A stretch of 64,000 nt of DNA from an uncultured Verrucomicrobiae bacterium (GTDB taxonomy: Bacteria > Verrucomicrobiota > Verrucomicrobiia > Opitutales > JABDGR01). The stretch is from the NCBI GenBank assembly GCA_963765205.1, contig CAVXVB010000009.1:1184001-1248000 (forward strand), written 5' to 3'. Positions 10,582 to 20,300 of this stretch are shown piece after piece. The position numbers were made by a program, and so were the translations under genes. The notes below the pieces were generated by a model, which saw nothing but the letters and a program-made list of their open reading frames with translations, made no database searches and was not told the DNA's origin. How positions within the stretch are numbered: the stretch's first letter is position 1; each line of letters opens with the position of its first letter.

Positions 10582-11396
10582 GGCCGGGCCGCTCCGGGGG
10601 CGGCGGGCCGCGTGGCGGCGTGGACGACCTCGCGGTCGAAATAATTCCAATCAAGGCCGGCGTTGACGACGAGGCCTTGGCCGTTGATGCCGCTGGCGCG
10701 GGGGCTGAGCAAATACACCGCGGCGTCGGCGACTTCGCGCGTTTCGACCGCGCGCTTGCGGAAGGTGAGTTTCTCGGCAAACAAATAATGTTCGAGATAG
10801 CCAGGGATGCCGGCGGAGGCGCTGGTCTTTAGCGGCCCGGCGTTGACCGTGTTGAAGCGCACCTCGGAATCGGCGCTGAAGGATTTCGCGAGCAGGCGCA
10901 CGGAAGAGTCGAGCGCGGCCTTGATCGGCGCCATGTAGCCATAATTCTCGACCGCGACTTGCGAGGAGATGCCGATGGCGACCACCGAGGCGTCGCGGCG
11001 AAAATGCGGCTTGAAGGCGCGCGCCAATTCGACGAGTGAAAAGCACGAAATCGCGCAGGCTTGCAGAAAATCCGCGCGGGGCGATTCGTGGAAGGGTTTC
11101 ACGCCCTGGGCGAAATTCGCCCACGCGATAGAGTGGAGCAAGCCGTCGAATGGCCCGTGTGGGGCGGCGGCGGCGGCCAGCGCGGGGATTTGCGCCTCGT
11201 CCTCGACATCGCAGACTAGCACTGTTTTCCCGATGAGATGCTTGGCGAGCGAATCCTTACGGCCCGCCGAGCGCACGCTGTAAACGACCCGCGCGCCCTC
11301 GGCTTCGAGCGTCTGCGCGACGTGCCAGGCGACGCTTTTCTTGTTGGCCACGCCGGTGACCAAGTAAGTGCGCCCTGCGATGCCAAGAAATGACAT
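10578..11396 (-). CDS. fabI: Enoyl-ACP reductase (FabI-like SDR)
   Basis: GVANKKSVAW, HSIAWA, NYGYMAPIKAAL, GPLKTSASAGI. Confidence 0.8.
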   Translation of the reverse strand: MSFLGIAGRTYLVTGVANKKSVAWHVAQTLEAEGARVVYSVRSAGRKDSLAKHLIGKTVLVCDVEDEAQIPALAAAAAPHGPFDGLLHSIAWANFAQGVKPFHESPRADFLQACAISCFSLVELARAFKPHFRRDASVVAIGISSQVAVENYGYMAPIKAALDSSVRLLAKSFSADSEVRFNTVNAGPLKTSASAGIPGYLEHYLFAEKLTFRKRAVETREVADAAVYLLSPRASGINGQGLVVNAGLDWNYFDREVVHAATRPAAPGAARP

Positions 11397-11427
11397 GGGA
11401 TGGAGGGGAGTTAGGGGAAGAATGGTT

Positions 11428-11871
11428 TTACTCGGTTTCGCCTGCGGGCAGCAAGGCCAGGGCGAATTCGAGGGCGAGCACGGGTTTGCCGTCCTTGCGC
11501 AAGACGCCGCGCAGAAAATGGAATTTTTGCACGGTCTCTTTTTCGGTCACTTCGATTTCGATGGTATCGCCCGGCTTGACCATGCGCTTGAATTTCGCCT
11601 CGCCAATGCGCGAGAGCACGGGCGTCAGCCCCGCGGCGCTGTGGCCCTGCGCGACGAGCTTGCGCACCAGAAAAACCGCCGCAGTCTGGAACGCCGCCTC
11701 GCATAAAATCACGCCGGGCGTGATGGGGTTGCCGGGATAATGGCCGGCGTAAAAAAAGTCGTCCGCGCGAAAAGTGCGCCGGGCAATGAGGCCGTCGGCG
11801 CGCTCCTGCACGATTTCGTCCACGAACAAAAACGGCGGGCGGTGCGGGATTGCGCGGGTGATGTCGTTCAT
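11428..11871 (-). CDS. fabZ: 3-hydroxyacyl-ACP dehydratase (FabZ family)
   Basis: IPHRPPFLFVD, GHYPGNPITPGVILCE, KFKRMVKPGD. Confidence 0.85.
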   Translation of the reverse strand: MNDITRAIPHRPPFLFVDEIVQERADGLIARRTFRADDFFYAGHYPGNPITPGVILCEAAFQTAAVFLVRKLVAQGHSAAGLTPVLSRIGEAKFKRMVKPGDTIEIEVTEKETVQKFHFLRGVLRKDGKPVLALEFALALLPAGETE

Positions 11872-12039
11872 ATAAAGAGCAGGAAGAAACGCCGCGGCCA
11901 AGCGCAGCGATGAAACTCCCACGATAACACGCCCCGAGTCCCCGCCAACTCCAAAAAAGCAACGCCATCTAGATTCAATCGCCAATGCCTTGGAGTGCGA
12001 CGCCGAAATGAGGCTACCGGCTCATTTCCGATGTATTGC

Positions 12040-13104
12040 CTACTGACAATCGCCGACCTTCGTCAGCGGCGTCGTTGGCAGCACAATGGGCGCGGGGGGT
12101 CCAATCGGTAAATCATGAGAGGCGGCCATGGCAGAACTAATTTGTGGCGTGATTTGAAAGTCCATCAATGCTTCTACTGGATAATACGAAGGTGCAATTC
12201 CTCCCGGCACAGTCGGAGGAGGCTGTGCGGGCAGACCTGTCGTTGTCGCAGTATTAACGGCGTCAACCAACTCATCCACCATCTCCTGGGATATTTGCCG
12301 GGGCAGCTTTGCGCCGATAAATGTGCCTCCGCGAATAAGACCTGTCGCAGGATCGGTTGACATATTCAGGGTGATTTGGCTACCTCCGCTTGTCAAAAGT
12401 TCAACCGACGAGGATATTGCAGACCGGGGATTCTCGGGCGCCAATTTAGCGTCAGCCGAAAATTCTAAACCTCCAAGAAAACAACTCTCCACCAATTCGG
12501 TAAGTTGTCCGGCTGGATTGCGTGCCAGGGAAATGGTGAAAACCGTTCCAAGCACGGCAAATGAGCCAACTGGGGTGTAGATGTTGAACTTCGAACCTTC
12601 ACCCCGGTTGATTTTCTTGACCTCGCACATGACGCTACCACTGCGTAGGTTAATTAAGGTCGTGGATTTGCTGGGGTCTTTATTAAGGCGCAGGAAGGTG
12701 CCATCCATTTGTGCATCAAATTTCTCTTGTTTGAATTGAGTAACCTGCATCTCTGAGTTTTCGTAGATTTCCATGACCACGCCGTTGGAAAACACGATCA
12801 GGACATTGCTGCCAGGCAGCGTCCTGACGGTGTTGCCCTCCGTGAAGATTTGTCCGCGTTTGAGGGTCTGACACGAGCCATCGCTAGCAACCAACTCGAC
12901 ATCGTCAACCACAGTCAAGGCCATGATCTGGCCCGATGGCCTGTCCACGTTAGGGGGAATGATTGTTTCAGTCTTGGCAGGCTCAATCGCCGCAATTGGC
13001 TGGTCGAATTTGAACGCCGCGGGACGCGGCGAGAATGCGCAGCCGGAAAACAGCAAGCCAGCAGCAAAATACGGCAGCGCTGGCAGGGTGCGGGGTAGCT
13101 TCAT
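12040..13104 (-). CDS. FecR-domain lipoprotein
   Basis: Lipobox-like LFSGC; EGNTVRT..S...IVFSNG, LRSGSV, TPVGSFAVLGTVF typical of FecR domains; visibly lower GC than neighbours. Confidence 0.65.
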   Translation of the reverse strand: MKLPRTLPALPYFAAGLLFSGCAFSPRPAAFKFDQPIAAIEPAKTETIIPPNVDRPSGQIMALTVVDDVELVASDGSCQTLKRGQIFTEGNTVRTLPGSNVLIVFSNGVVMEIYENSEMQVTQFKQEKFDAQMDGTFLRLNKDPSKSTTLINLRSGSVMCEVKKINRGEGSKFNIYTPVGSFAVLGTVFTISLARNPAGQLTELVESCFLGGLEFSADAKLAPENPRSAISSSVELLTSGGSQITLNMSTDPATGLIRGGTFIGAKLPRQISQEMVDELVDAVNTATTTGLPAQPPPTVPGGIAPSYYPVEALMDFQITPQISSAMAASHDLPIGPPAPIVLPTTPLTKVGDCQ

Positions 13105-13211
13105 CGTAAGACAATTTGACCAATGCCGCATAAAACACAACTACATATCCGTTCAGGGCACTATAGCCGTCCACGAAAGAAAAAAGATGCCAATGTGCCC
13201 TTCGGATTGGA

Positions 13212-13463
13212 TTACAACCATTTTTCGTATTCCCGGTGTGCTCCCACCCAAAACCAGCGAAAGGTTTCGCCTTCCAGAGTGGCCAGCGCGCGGTAGTCCC
13301 TCCCGATGCGCACCGACCAATAAGCGCCAACCTTTTTAAATTGGAGCGATGGATGGCGGGGATTGGCCTGCCAAAGCGCGAAATTCTTGAACGCGAGTTC
13401 TTGAATTTCGACCGGCAACGCGGCCAGAGCCTCACGAAACGCGGCGCTGACGGAGGAATTCAT
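13212..13463 (-). CDS. RelE/ParE-like toxin
   Basis: 83 aa; NPRHPSLQFKKVG..WSVRIGRDYRAL..WFWVGAHREYE. Confidence 0.8.
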   Translation of the reverse strand: MNSSVSAAFREALAALPVEIQELAFKNFALWQANPRHPSLQFKKVGAYWSVRIGRDYRALATLEGETFRWFWVGAHREYEKWL

Positions 13464-13662
13464 CGAGGGGCTGATCCAGTTGGCCGGCGCTTTGGTCCTG
13501 GGCACGCTGATAAAGGGCATCCAACCGGCCCGACTTCGCGTCCGCCGCGAGTTGCCGGTCAAAGTCGGTTTCCCGCTGGTGGTCGAACCAGACGGCCAGC
13601 GACTCGAAATCGTATTTCGGCAGTTTCAAGATCGCGGCTTCGATTTCCTGCACGGTGCTCAT
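13432..13662 (-). CDS. Putative antitoxin
   Basis: MSTVQEIEAAILKLP...FDRQLAADAKSGRLDAL; small, acidic, overlaps the toxin start. Confidence 0.72.
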   Translation of the reverse strand: MSTVQEIEAAILKLPKYDFESLAVWFDHQRETDFDRQLAADAKSGRLDALYQRAQDQSAGQLDQPLDEFLRQRRVS

Positions 13663-13706
13663 GGCGGCATGATGGCCCAAGGCGGCTTAAATTTCAAGCT
13701 GCATTC

Positions 13707-15173
13707 TTATAACGCCGCCAGCGCGGGAACGGCCTTGCGCCTTGCTTCCAACAAAAACGAGTCCATCTTGCTGGCGGTGATGACGCCGTAGTTGATGGTG
13801 CCGAGCCAGCCGGACATGATGATGCCGACGGAACCGGCGTGATATAATCCCGGCACCTGCTCCGGCAAATCCATCGAGACTTTGAGGCCCTCGAATTTCG
13901 TGCCGAAGGACGTGCCGCCCCAGTGGCGCACATAGCGCTGCACGGTGCGCGGCGTGGCGGCTTCGAGCCAGTCAATTTTTTCGCGCACGCCGGGGATGAA
14001 GCGTTCGAGGCCGGCGAGGGATTCGTCAATCAGGCGCTGCTTGTGTTTCGCGTAATCGGCTTCGCCCAGGCCGGCCCAGTCCTGCCAGCGCGCGTTGATC
14101 GAGGCGACGACCGCGTAGCGCGGCTCCGGGATCTGCGGGCGCGTGTCGGGGTAATACACCGAATAGGTGCGGCTGGTGGTGTGGAAATCGGTCAGCTCGT
14201 CGCTGGTGAAGCGCGGGGCGTCGGAGGTGAAGACGAGGTCGCCGATGTGCGGGATGCTTTCGCCGGCGCGGATGCCCATATACACCTGGCAGGAACTCGA
14301 ATTGATGCGCACGGCATCGGCCTCGGCGGCGTAGGCGGGCGGCAAATTCTCGCGGCCCAGCAAATCGAATAGCGTGTTCTTGATATTCGAGTTCGAGAGC
14401 ACGGCGCGGCAGCGGATTTCGCGGCCGTTGACGAGGACGCCGCGCACGCGCAGGCGGCCGTCGGGGCCGGGTTCGGTGAGCACACGCTCGACGAGGCAGC
14501 GGTGGCGCAGGTCCGCGCCGTTTTTGCGCAGTTCGGCGGCCATGAGGCCGATGAGCAGGTCGGTACCGCCACGAAAAATATACACGCCCTTGCTCATGAA
14601 ATTGGAAAAGACGATGCCGTAGGTGATGGCGGGGTCGTCGAGCGTCGAGCCGTTGGCGTAGGCGATGGGTTCGAGCAGCAGGCGGTGCACGTCGTCGCGG
14701 CCGGAGAAAAATTCCTCGAACAGCTCGCGCGTGGTGCGCGGGTCGCGGTCGTAATAATTCATCCGCCGCAGGTGCTCGAAAAACGCGGCGACGCGCCCGG
14801 CGGGGACGCGAAATTGCTCGGTGAGCAGGCGGGTGAAGTCCGCGCGGTCGAAGGTGGTCTGGAGGTTGAACTGCGGGTTGACGAAGCGGATGTCGGCGAG
14901 TTGCCCGATGCGGTCGGAGATTTCCTTCGTCCAGTATTTGCGGCAGGACTTGATCATGCCGATGGGGAAGCCGTGGAGGGAGATGTCGAAGATGTGGCCG
15001 TGTTTGCGCGTGAACCAGGTGGCGAGGCCGCCGAACTGGTAGTGGTGCTCGAGCACGAGCACGGAATGGCCGAGCTTGGCCAGGTAATTGCCGCCGGTCA
15101 GCCCGCCGAGGCCGCTGCCGATGACGATCACGTCGTAGGCGTCGCGCGCGCCTTTAAGGAAATCCTTGGCCAT
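13707..15173 (-). CDS. Phytoene dehydrogenase-like FAD oxidoreductase
   Basis: GSGLGG dinucleotide motif, [23 protein letters not shown]. Confidence 0.85.
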   Translation of the reverse strand: MAKDFLKGARDAYDVIVIGSGLGGLTGGNYLAKLGHSVLVLEHHYQFGGLATWFTRKHGHIFDISLHGFPIGMIKSCRKYWTKEISDRIGQLADIRFVNPQFNLQTTFDRADFTRLLTEQFRVPAGRVAAFFEHLRRMNYYDRDPRTTRELFEEFFSGRDDVHRLLLEPIAYANGSTLDDPAITYGIVFSNFMSKGVYIFRGGTDLLIGLMAAELRKNGADLRHRCLVERVLTEPGPDGRLRVRGVLVNGREIRCRAVLSNSNIKNTLFDLLGRENLPPAYAAEADAVRINSSSCQVYMGIRAGESIPHIGDLVFTSDAPRFTSDELTDFHTTSRTYSVYYPDTRPQIPEPRYAVVASINARWQDWAGLGEADYAKHKQRLIDESLAGLERFIPGVREKIDWLEAATPRTVQRYVRHWGGTSFGTKFEGLKVSMDLPEQVPGLYHAGSVGIIMSGWLGTINYGVITASKMDSFLLEARRKAVPALAAL

Positions 15174-15354
15174 GGCCGGGGAGGGTCGTCGGGTGAAGTG
15201 GAGGCGCGGGCGCCAAAGCCGGCCCCCGCGCGAATTTAACCCTCTACCCGGCCGCTGCGTGGCTGGCAAGGGCGGAGTGTAGAAGCACCGAAGGAAGCGG
15301 GCAATTCCCACCACCAAGCCAAGCCGCGGCTAGAATCAAACAGTCCGGGTGGAG

Positions 15355-16056
15355 TCAAAGCACCCTCTCCCATGTAAACCGGAGCGGATTGACGGGGTTG
15401 GGAAACCCGGCGGCCTGTTTTTGCTCGTAGAGCGCGCTGTTGCGGGTTTTGTCGCGCAAGCGGCCATGCGTGTGCGCATCCGGGATGAAATTGGGCGACA
15501 CCACGCGGATGATGACATCGTTGCGCGGGATTTTGCGCGCGACCCGCCGCAAGCGGTTGTAATAATCCGTTTCCTCCCGGCCATAATGCCCGGCATAGTC
15601 TTCATCGTAGCCGCCGATTTCGAGATATTTGCTTTTATGAAACAGCAGGTTGACAATGCCAGGACGCGCTTCAGCCTGGCTGCCCAGCCAGATGCGTTTG
15701 GGCAGGTAGAAGGCCTCGCGCTGCAAGGGCGCGCCGGCGAACAGTTGGTGGGCGTCCTCCGGGCAGAGCAAGGTGTCAATATCGGAGACGTAAATCCAGC
15801 CGCGGGCGTGGTGGCAGCCGAGATTGCGCGCGCCGGCGAAATTCCAGGGAATGTCCTCCTGGATGCGGAAGACCTGGATGGGCACGCGGCATTTGGTCTG
15901 GCGGACAATGTCCGCGGCGCGGGTGTGGGGACTACCGTCATCAATGAGCAAAATGTGCGGCAGAGTTTTCATCGCGGCGGGGTAGGCATTCCAACAATCC
16001 AACTGCAAGCGCAGCATTTGCGGATTGTCGTAGTAGAGAAAGACAAGATTGATCAT
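15355..16056 (-). CDS. Glycosyltransferase (GT2/GT7-like, GT-A fold)
   Basis: LIDDGS, WNFAGARNLG, SDID (DxD), GGYDEDYAGHYGREE. Confidence 0.8.
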   Translation of the reverse strand: MINLVFLYYDNPQMLRLQLDCWNAYPAAMKTLPHILLIDDGSPHTRAADIVRQTKCRVPIQVFRIQEDIPWNFAGARNLGCHHARGWIYVSDIDTLLCPEDAHQLFAGAPLQREAFYLPKRIWLGSQAEARPGIVNLLFHKSKYLEIGGYDEDYAGHYGREETDYYNRLRRVARKIPRNDVIIRVVSPNFIPDAHTHGRLRDKTRNSALYEQKQAAGFPNPVNPLRFTWERVL

Positions 16057-16084
16057 GACAGTCCCGGGGAGGAAGGCAGCGGGC

Positions 16085-16759
16085 TTACCGGGGCCGGGAG
16101 CGCGGGCCGAGGTGGCCCCGGCGGAAGAAGTGGGGATTATTCGACACCGTGCCTGGTAGAAAAGCATACGAGAGGCCCAATTGACGGGCGACGTAATTAA
16201 AACTGAGCTGGTCGCGGCGCGAGTGGGCCTTGATTTCCGCATACCAAGCTTCGTTGAAACGGCGGATGGCCGGGGTATGCCGCCGCAGCAGGATGGTGCA
16301 CTCCACCAAGCCATTCCTTGGGGGATAACCCGCCTCAAAATACTTCTGCATTTGCCGGTCAATTATTTCGCGCCGGTCCAGCCGCTTGTGCAGGCAATAC
16401 CTGGCTTCCTCGTAGATGCAGGCGCGGTTGGGATGCTTGAAAACCGCCAGGTCGTGCTCGCGGAGGTAGGCGGCGGCCCATTGTTCGAGCGGGAGGGTGG
16501 ACGTGATCACGATGGAGCCGTCAATCCACAGGCTGTATTCGGCCTTCGGAAAATACTCGTGCGGCAGCAATTTGTGGATTTTGGCGTTGCGGCAGGGATC
16601 GCGAAAGCGGTGGTAAAGCGGACGGATGGCCCAGCCCGGCGCGGGCCGCGCGCCGTCCGCAAACGCGACAAAATCCGCCGCCCCCTGCCAGAGGGGCGGC
16701 GGGCTCTGCAAGGCGTCGTAGCCCCGGGTAATGGCGGTATACACCACAAAGTTGCTCAT
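16085..16759 (-). CDS. DUF616 (TOD1/MUCI70-like) glycosyltransferase
   Basis: VVYTAITRGYD, KLLPH, SLWIDG, HPNRACIYEEA, RDQLSFNY. Confidence 0.85.
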   Translation of the reverse strand: MSNFVVYTAITRGYDALQSPPPLWQGAADFVAFADGARPAPGWAIRPLYHRFRDPCRNAKIHKLLPHEYFPKAEYSLWIDGSIVITSTLPLEQWAAAYLREHDLAVFKHPNRACIYEEARYCLHKRLDRREIIDRQMQKYFEAGYPPRNGLVECTILLRRHTPAIRRFNEAWYAEIKAHSRRDQLSFNYVARQLGLSYAFLPGTVSNNPHFFRRGHLGPRSRPR

Positions 16760-16775
16760 GGGCGGGAGGCGGGAA

Positions 16776-17654
16776 TCACAACGAGTTGAATAATATTCTA
16801 TATTTTTCAGCAATGCCATCAATGTGGAACCGGCGCGCCCGCCGGAGGCAGCACCGGCGGAGTTCGCGATACAGGTCGTCGTCCTGCTGGAGGGCGCGCA
16901 CCCAGCGGGGACAATCGCGAAGAGTGGAAAAGATTGTGCAGTTCGCGCCCATTTCGTGGTAGGCCGGCTCGTCGCTGGAAATAGAGGGGATGCCGAAGCC
17001 GATGCAATTAATGAGCTTGATGCCGGAGTTGATGGCAATATGGAAGTCAAACTGGTCGCGCACCCGGCGCCAGCGCAATTTCCCCGCCGGCCGGGGCGCC
17101 TGGGCGCGGAGCAGCTTGCGCCCGCGCAGATTCAGCCCGATGCCGGTTTGGCGGAAAATCTTGACAACATCCTCGCGGGTGAGGCCGCCGATAAAATGGG
17201 TGTCGTGGGCAAACCCGCGCAGACTCGGGAGCCAGTGGCGCGAACCCAGCCAGACGGGCCGCCGGAGGTCCGGGGGATTGGGCCGCCCTTCAAAGTTGCA
17301 ATGATGGTGCGGAATGACTTCAACGCGGCCATAGTCATCAAACAATTCCTGCGTGAGGGAATTGCTGGCGACATACACGGCCACATCTTCCCGTGGTGGA
17401 AAGGCATCAATGATGTCCCAGACGACCTGGCCACGCCGGGCCAGTTGGCGCAGTTCCTTCGCGCGGAGGCGCGGCTTGACGCAGACGAACACGGTATACC
17501 GGTCGGGAATGGCCGCCGCAGTTCCCGCATCCAAGAGAAAATCGCAGCCGAGGCGTTGGGCCAGGTCCACACAACGAATTTGCACGCTGGCGAACCGGGC
17601 GGCGTCGCCACCGAGAAAAACCACTTTGGAGAAATCCATAGGCACCAGACTCAT
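16776..17654 (-). CDS. Putative glycosyltransferase (GT-B-like C-terminus)
   Basis: ASVQIRC, WDIID, KLINCIGFGIPSIS, FHIDGIAEKY; glycosylation context. Confidence 0.5.
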   Translation of the reverse strand: MSLVPMDFSKVVFLGGDAARFASVQIRCVDLAQRLGCDFLLDAGTAAAIPDRYTVFVCVKPRLRAKELRQLARRGQVVWDIIDAFPPREDVAVYVASNSLTQELFDDYGRVEVIPHHHCNFEGRPNPPDLRRPVWLGSRHWLPSLRGFAHDTHFIGGLTREDVVKIFRQTGIGLNLRGRKLLRAQAPRPAGKLRWRRVRDQFDFHIAINSGIKLINCIGFGIPSISSDEPAYHEMGANCTIFSTLRDCPRWVRALQQDDDLYRELRRCCLRRARRFHIDGIAEKYRILFNSL

Positions 17655-17901
17655 CTGCTACGAGCCAGGACCGCGGCGGTCAAGGCCGCAGTCATCGGGG
17701 CCACGCAAGATCGGACCGATTATTTTGCAGGCAAGCGACGGCCGTGGGGGTGCTGAATTCCAATAAGAACCGCCCTGCCCCATCCATTCAAAATCGGCCC
17801 GCTACAAACCCACTTCTAGGGGAAATACCTGGACTCAAAATAATGAGGCAGAGGCAAAGAAAATTGCGAAAATTATTTAAAAAATCGCGAAGAGGCCGGT
17901 T

Positions 17902-18183
17902 TTACGCATCCAATCGGCGCTGAATCATATTCATAAAACCGGGGGAAAGAACCCCTTTTAATTTTGTTTGGGAAAGTTTCCGCCAGTCCTTGGCCAGAAG
18001 TTTCCAATGGGGCTCCATATTAGCGCCGGAGTTGCGCGGCCCGGTGCTCGCAAGCGGCTTTTGCGGATTGACCGTGGTCGCAGCCGACTTGGTCAAATTC
18101 AAGGTCTGGGCCACCGGCAGGGCCGCGGCGGCCACACCCAGACCGAACAAAAATTTACGGCGCGATGCTTGGCTGTTTTTCAT
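17902..18183 (-). CDS. Small protein with twin-arginine (Tat) signal
   Basis: SRRKFL followed by hydrophobic FGLGVAAAALPVA; 93 aa. Confidence 0.65.
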   Translation of the reverse strand: MKNSQASRRKFLFGLGVAAAALPVAQTLNLTKSAATTVNPQKPLASTGPRNSGANMEPHWKLLAKDWRKLSQTKLKGVLSPGFMNMIQRRLDA

Positions 18184-18234
18184 GGGAATAAAAGAATAAG
18201 GGGGAGGAGGCGGACAGTGCGGCGGGAAGATAAT

Positions 18235-18849
18235 TTATTGGTAAAAAGTGAACGCTTTCTTGCTGGTGGTCTTCACTTGGTAAGTCCCATTCGTTTTGAA
18301 CAGGGACTGCGCGTTCTTGGCAAACTTGGGCGCGCGGTATTTGATGTTGTAGGTGTTGTTCTTCAGCGTGGCTTGGGCGATTTGAACTCCGGAGAAGGCG
18401 GCCCGCAGTAAACGGTCGCCAGGGGCGGCGCGGCTGCCAAAACGGGCGTTGGATGCCCCGCCGGCAAAGCTGCCATTTCTTGACGTTGCGCAAACCGGGC
18501 TGCCATCTTTCCAAAAGGTGACCACGCCACTTCCGGGGGTGATGGAGATTTCCAAATGCACCGGGGTGCCTGCTTGATAGGCCCACGAAGTGTGACCCTC
18601 CAAGGGCAGGGTCGAGGCAGCCACAATCTGAAACCCGCTCGCGGGGCTGTTCGTAATCAAAAAGGCGCAATTGTCACTGCCGGAGGACGAATGCAACTGC
18701 AGATACACCGCTTGGGAGTTTTGCACGGTTTGCACTGAACCGCTCAGAGCCATGGCGGAAACGTCATGGGCCTCCAGCCAGCGCTTGGGGGACTTCGGAA
18801 CACGCTTGGGGGAAACAGTCTTGGTAACGGATTGACGCCGGGTTTTCAT
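18235..18849 (-). CDS. Hypothetical protein carrying the shared basic N-terminal leader (204 aa)
   Basis: Start set by homology to 18905-19099: MKTRRQSVTKTVSPKRVPKSPKRWLEAHDVSAMALSGS, then a Ser/Gly/Asn-rich, beta-strand-like body. Confidence 0.7.
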   Translation of the reverse strand: MKTRRQSVTKTVSPKRVPKSPKRWLEAHDVSAMALSGSVQTVQNSQAVYLQLHSSSGSDNCAFLITNSPASGFQIVAASTLPLEGHTSWAYQAGTPVHLEISITPGSGVVTFWKDGSPVCATSRNGSFAGGASNARFGSRAAPGDRLLRAAFSGVQIAQATLKNNTYNIKYRAPKFAKNAQSLFKTNGTYQVKTTSKKAFTFYQ

Positions 18850-19128
18850 AGGTAATGGGTGCTTGGGTGGGTCGAAAAGGATAATCGCGAGAGGGAAGCG
18901 CAAGTTAATTAGCCTGCACGTAGGCGCCGATGCCCATGATGTCTCCGGAGTTATCCGTCAGTTCAATGCTGCCCCCGTTGTTATCCGAGCCGTCGAGGGC
19001 CATCTCGGAAATGTCAATGGAATCCAGCCAGCGCTTGGTGAACTTCCGCACGCGCTTTTTGGAAAGGGATTTCGAAACTGGTTTACGCCGGGTTTTCATG
19101 GGTGATGATTGCAGGGGTGGGTTGAAAT
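18741..19128. repeat. Diverged direct repeat (~135 bp, 250-bp offset) covering leader-coding DNA plus ~30 bp upstream
   Basis: 18741-18878 aligns ungapped with 18991-19128 (e.g. tccagccagcgcttgg, acgccgggttttcat, gggtgggt.gaaa in both). Confidence 0.85.
18905..19099 (-). CDS. 64-aa precursor-like peptide (basic leader + acidic core)
   Basis: MKTRRKPVSKSLSKKRVRKFTKRWLDSIDISEMALDGS / DNNGGSIELTDNSGDIMGIGAYVQAN; leader 23/38 identical to next gene. Confidence 0.7.
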   Translation of the reverse strand: MKTRRKPVSKSLSKKRVRKFTKRWLDSIDISEMALDGSDNNGGSIELTDNSGDIMGIGAYVQAN

Positions 19129-19259
19129 ACTTATCGCCAAGTATGGCGATCGCTTAAGCAAAGTCAAGCGGACAAATGGTGAAAAAGTTTTGTAAGTAGA
19201 AATATTACGCTGCTAAGATGAGTCTGTTTTTGCCCGGTAAAATGCCGAATCTGGGGTCT

Positions 19260-20300
19260 TTACCTGGACCGAAACCGGGAGTGCATGGCGAGGCGTTTGG
19301 CTTCCGCAAGTTTTTTGAGCGCTTCGTCCGTGCTCGTGGCGGTAATTTCCCAAACGGGCCATAGCGAAGCTGCTTTCACGAGGTGGGGCGTCGCCGCGGG
19401 ATGCCAGACGGTGCAATACAAAGTGGGGTCGGCGGCGAGTTCCCATTGCATGACCTTAATCCATTCGCGCAGTTTTTCCCGCCGGGCTGCGGGATCGTGC
19501 GTGGTCTCGGCAAACACCTGGTTCAATTTGTCATCAAGATTGCTGCCACGCCCGCCGCCGCGCCCAAAACACCAACCTTGCCGTGCCAGGGCGAAGGCAA
19601 CCCGCGCGGGGGCATGAAGGTTGATCACCACCAGGTCGGGTCCCGGCGGATTCCAAAATTTTCGCGGCAAGGCCAAGCCGAAAATATCGGAGGTTCCACG
19701 CTCCTGGCCAACGAGAAAAAATTGCGGGGCATACACCCGGTGCGCGAGCTGCAGGTCCGGGTCGCGGCCCATGATCCAGTCTAAGTAAGTTGCGCCATTA
19801 AATTTTCCGCCGCGGGCCAGCCGCCGGACAAGTTTGCGCAGGTAGGGGCCGCGCACGGCGTAACAGTGGGTGCGTTCGCAATCGGTGCAGCGGTAAACCC
19901 CCGGCTGCACGAGGGTGGGCTTGCCATGCAAATTAACATGCTGGCCGCCCAGCATGAGTTGATCCCAATCATCCGGCACGGCGCGCAAAAACTTCCGGAC
20001 CGCCGCAGGAAAGTTATCGGCAAAGCAGACGTCATCTTCGAGGATCAAAATGTTTTTCACCTGGTCGGCGAGGGCTTTGTTCAAAACCAGTTGGTGCGAT
20101 TTCAGACAGGCCCAACTGGCGGCATTGTGGGGCCACCGGGGAGGCGGACGCCGGACGTGGCCATCCACCGCCGCGAATATTTCGGGAGCTTGAAAGGGCC
20201 ACCGACAGGCGAGCAACGCGCGCCGGACCTGGGCAAGCCGGTCGGGCCGTCTTTTCAAGTTGATTAACACCACCCGGTCGAAATAGTGCCGCAAGTTCAT
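19260..20300 (-). CDS. Glycosyltransferase family 25-like with C-terminal extension
   Basis: FDRVVLINLKRRPDRL, AAVDG, ACLKSH, ILILEDD, PDDWDQLMLGG, THCYAV. Confidence 0.85.
   Translation of the reverse strand: MNLRHYFDRVVLINLKRRPDRLAQVRRALLACRWPFQAPEIFAAVDGHVRRPPPRWPHNAASWACLKSHQLVLNKALADQVKNILILEDDVCFADNFPAAVRKFLRAVPDDWDQLMLGGQHVNLHGKPTLVQPGVYRCTDCERTHCYAVRGPYLRKLVRRLARGGKFNGATYLDWIMGRDPDLQLAHRVYAPQFFLVGQERGTSDIFGLALPRKFWNPPGPDLVVINLHAPARVAFALARQGWCFGRGGGRGSNLDDKLNQVFAETTHDPAARREKLREWIKVMQWELAADPTLYCTVWHPAATPHLVKAASLWPVWEITATSTDEALKKLAEAKRLAMHSRFRSR

Noticed and set aside
18905..19099. Classical double-glycine (C39-processed) bacteriocin leader
   Set aside because: DISEMALDGS only loosely resembles ELSxxELxxVxGG and no C39 ABC exporter is present; kept as an unclassified leader.
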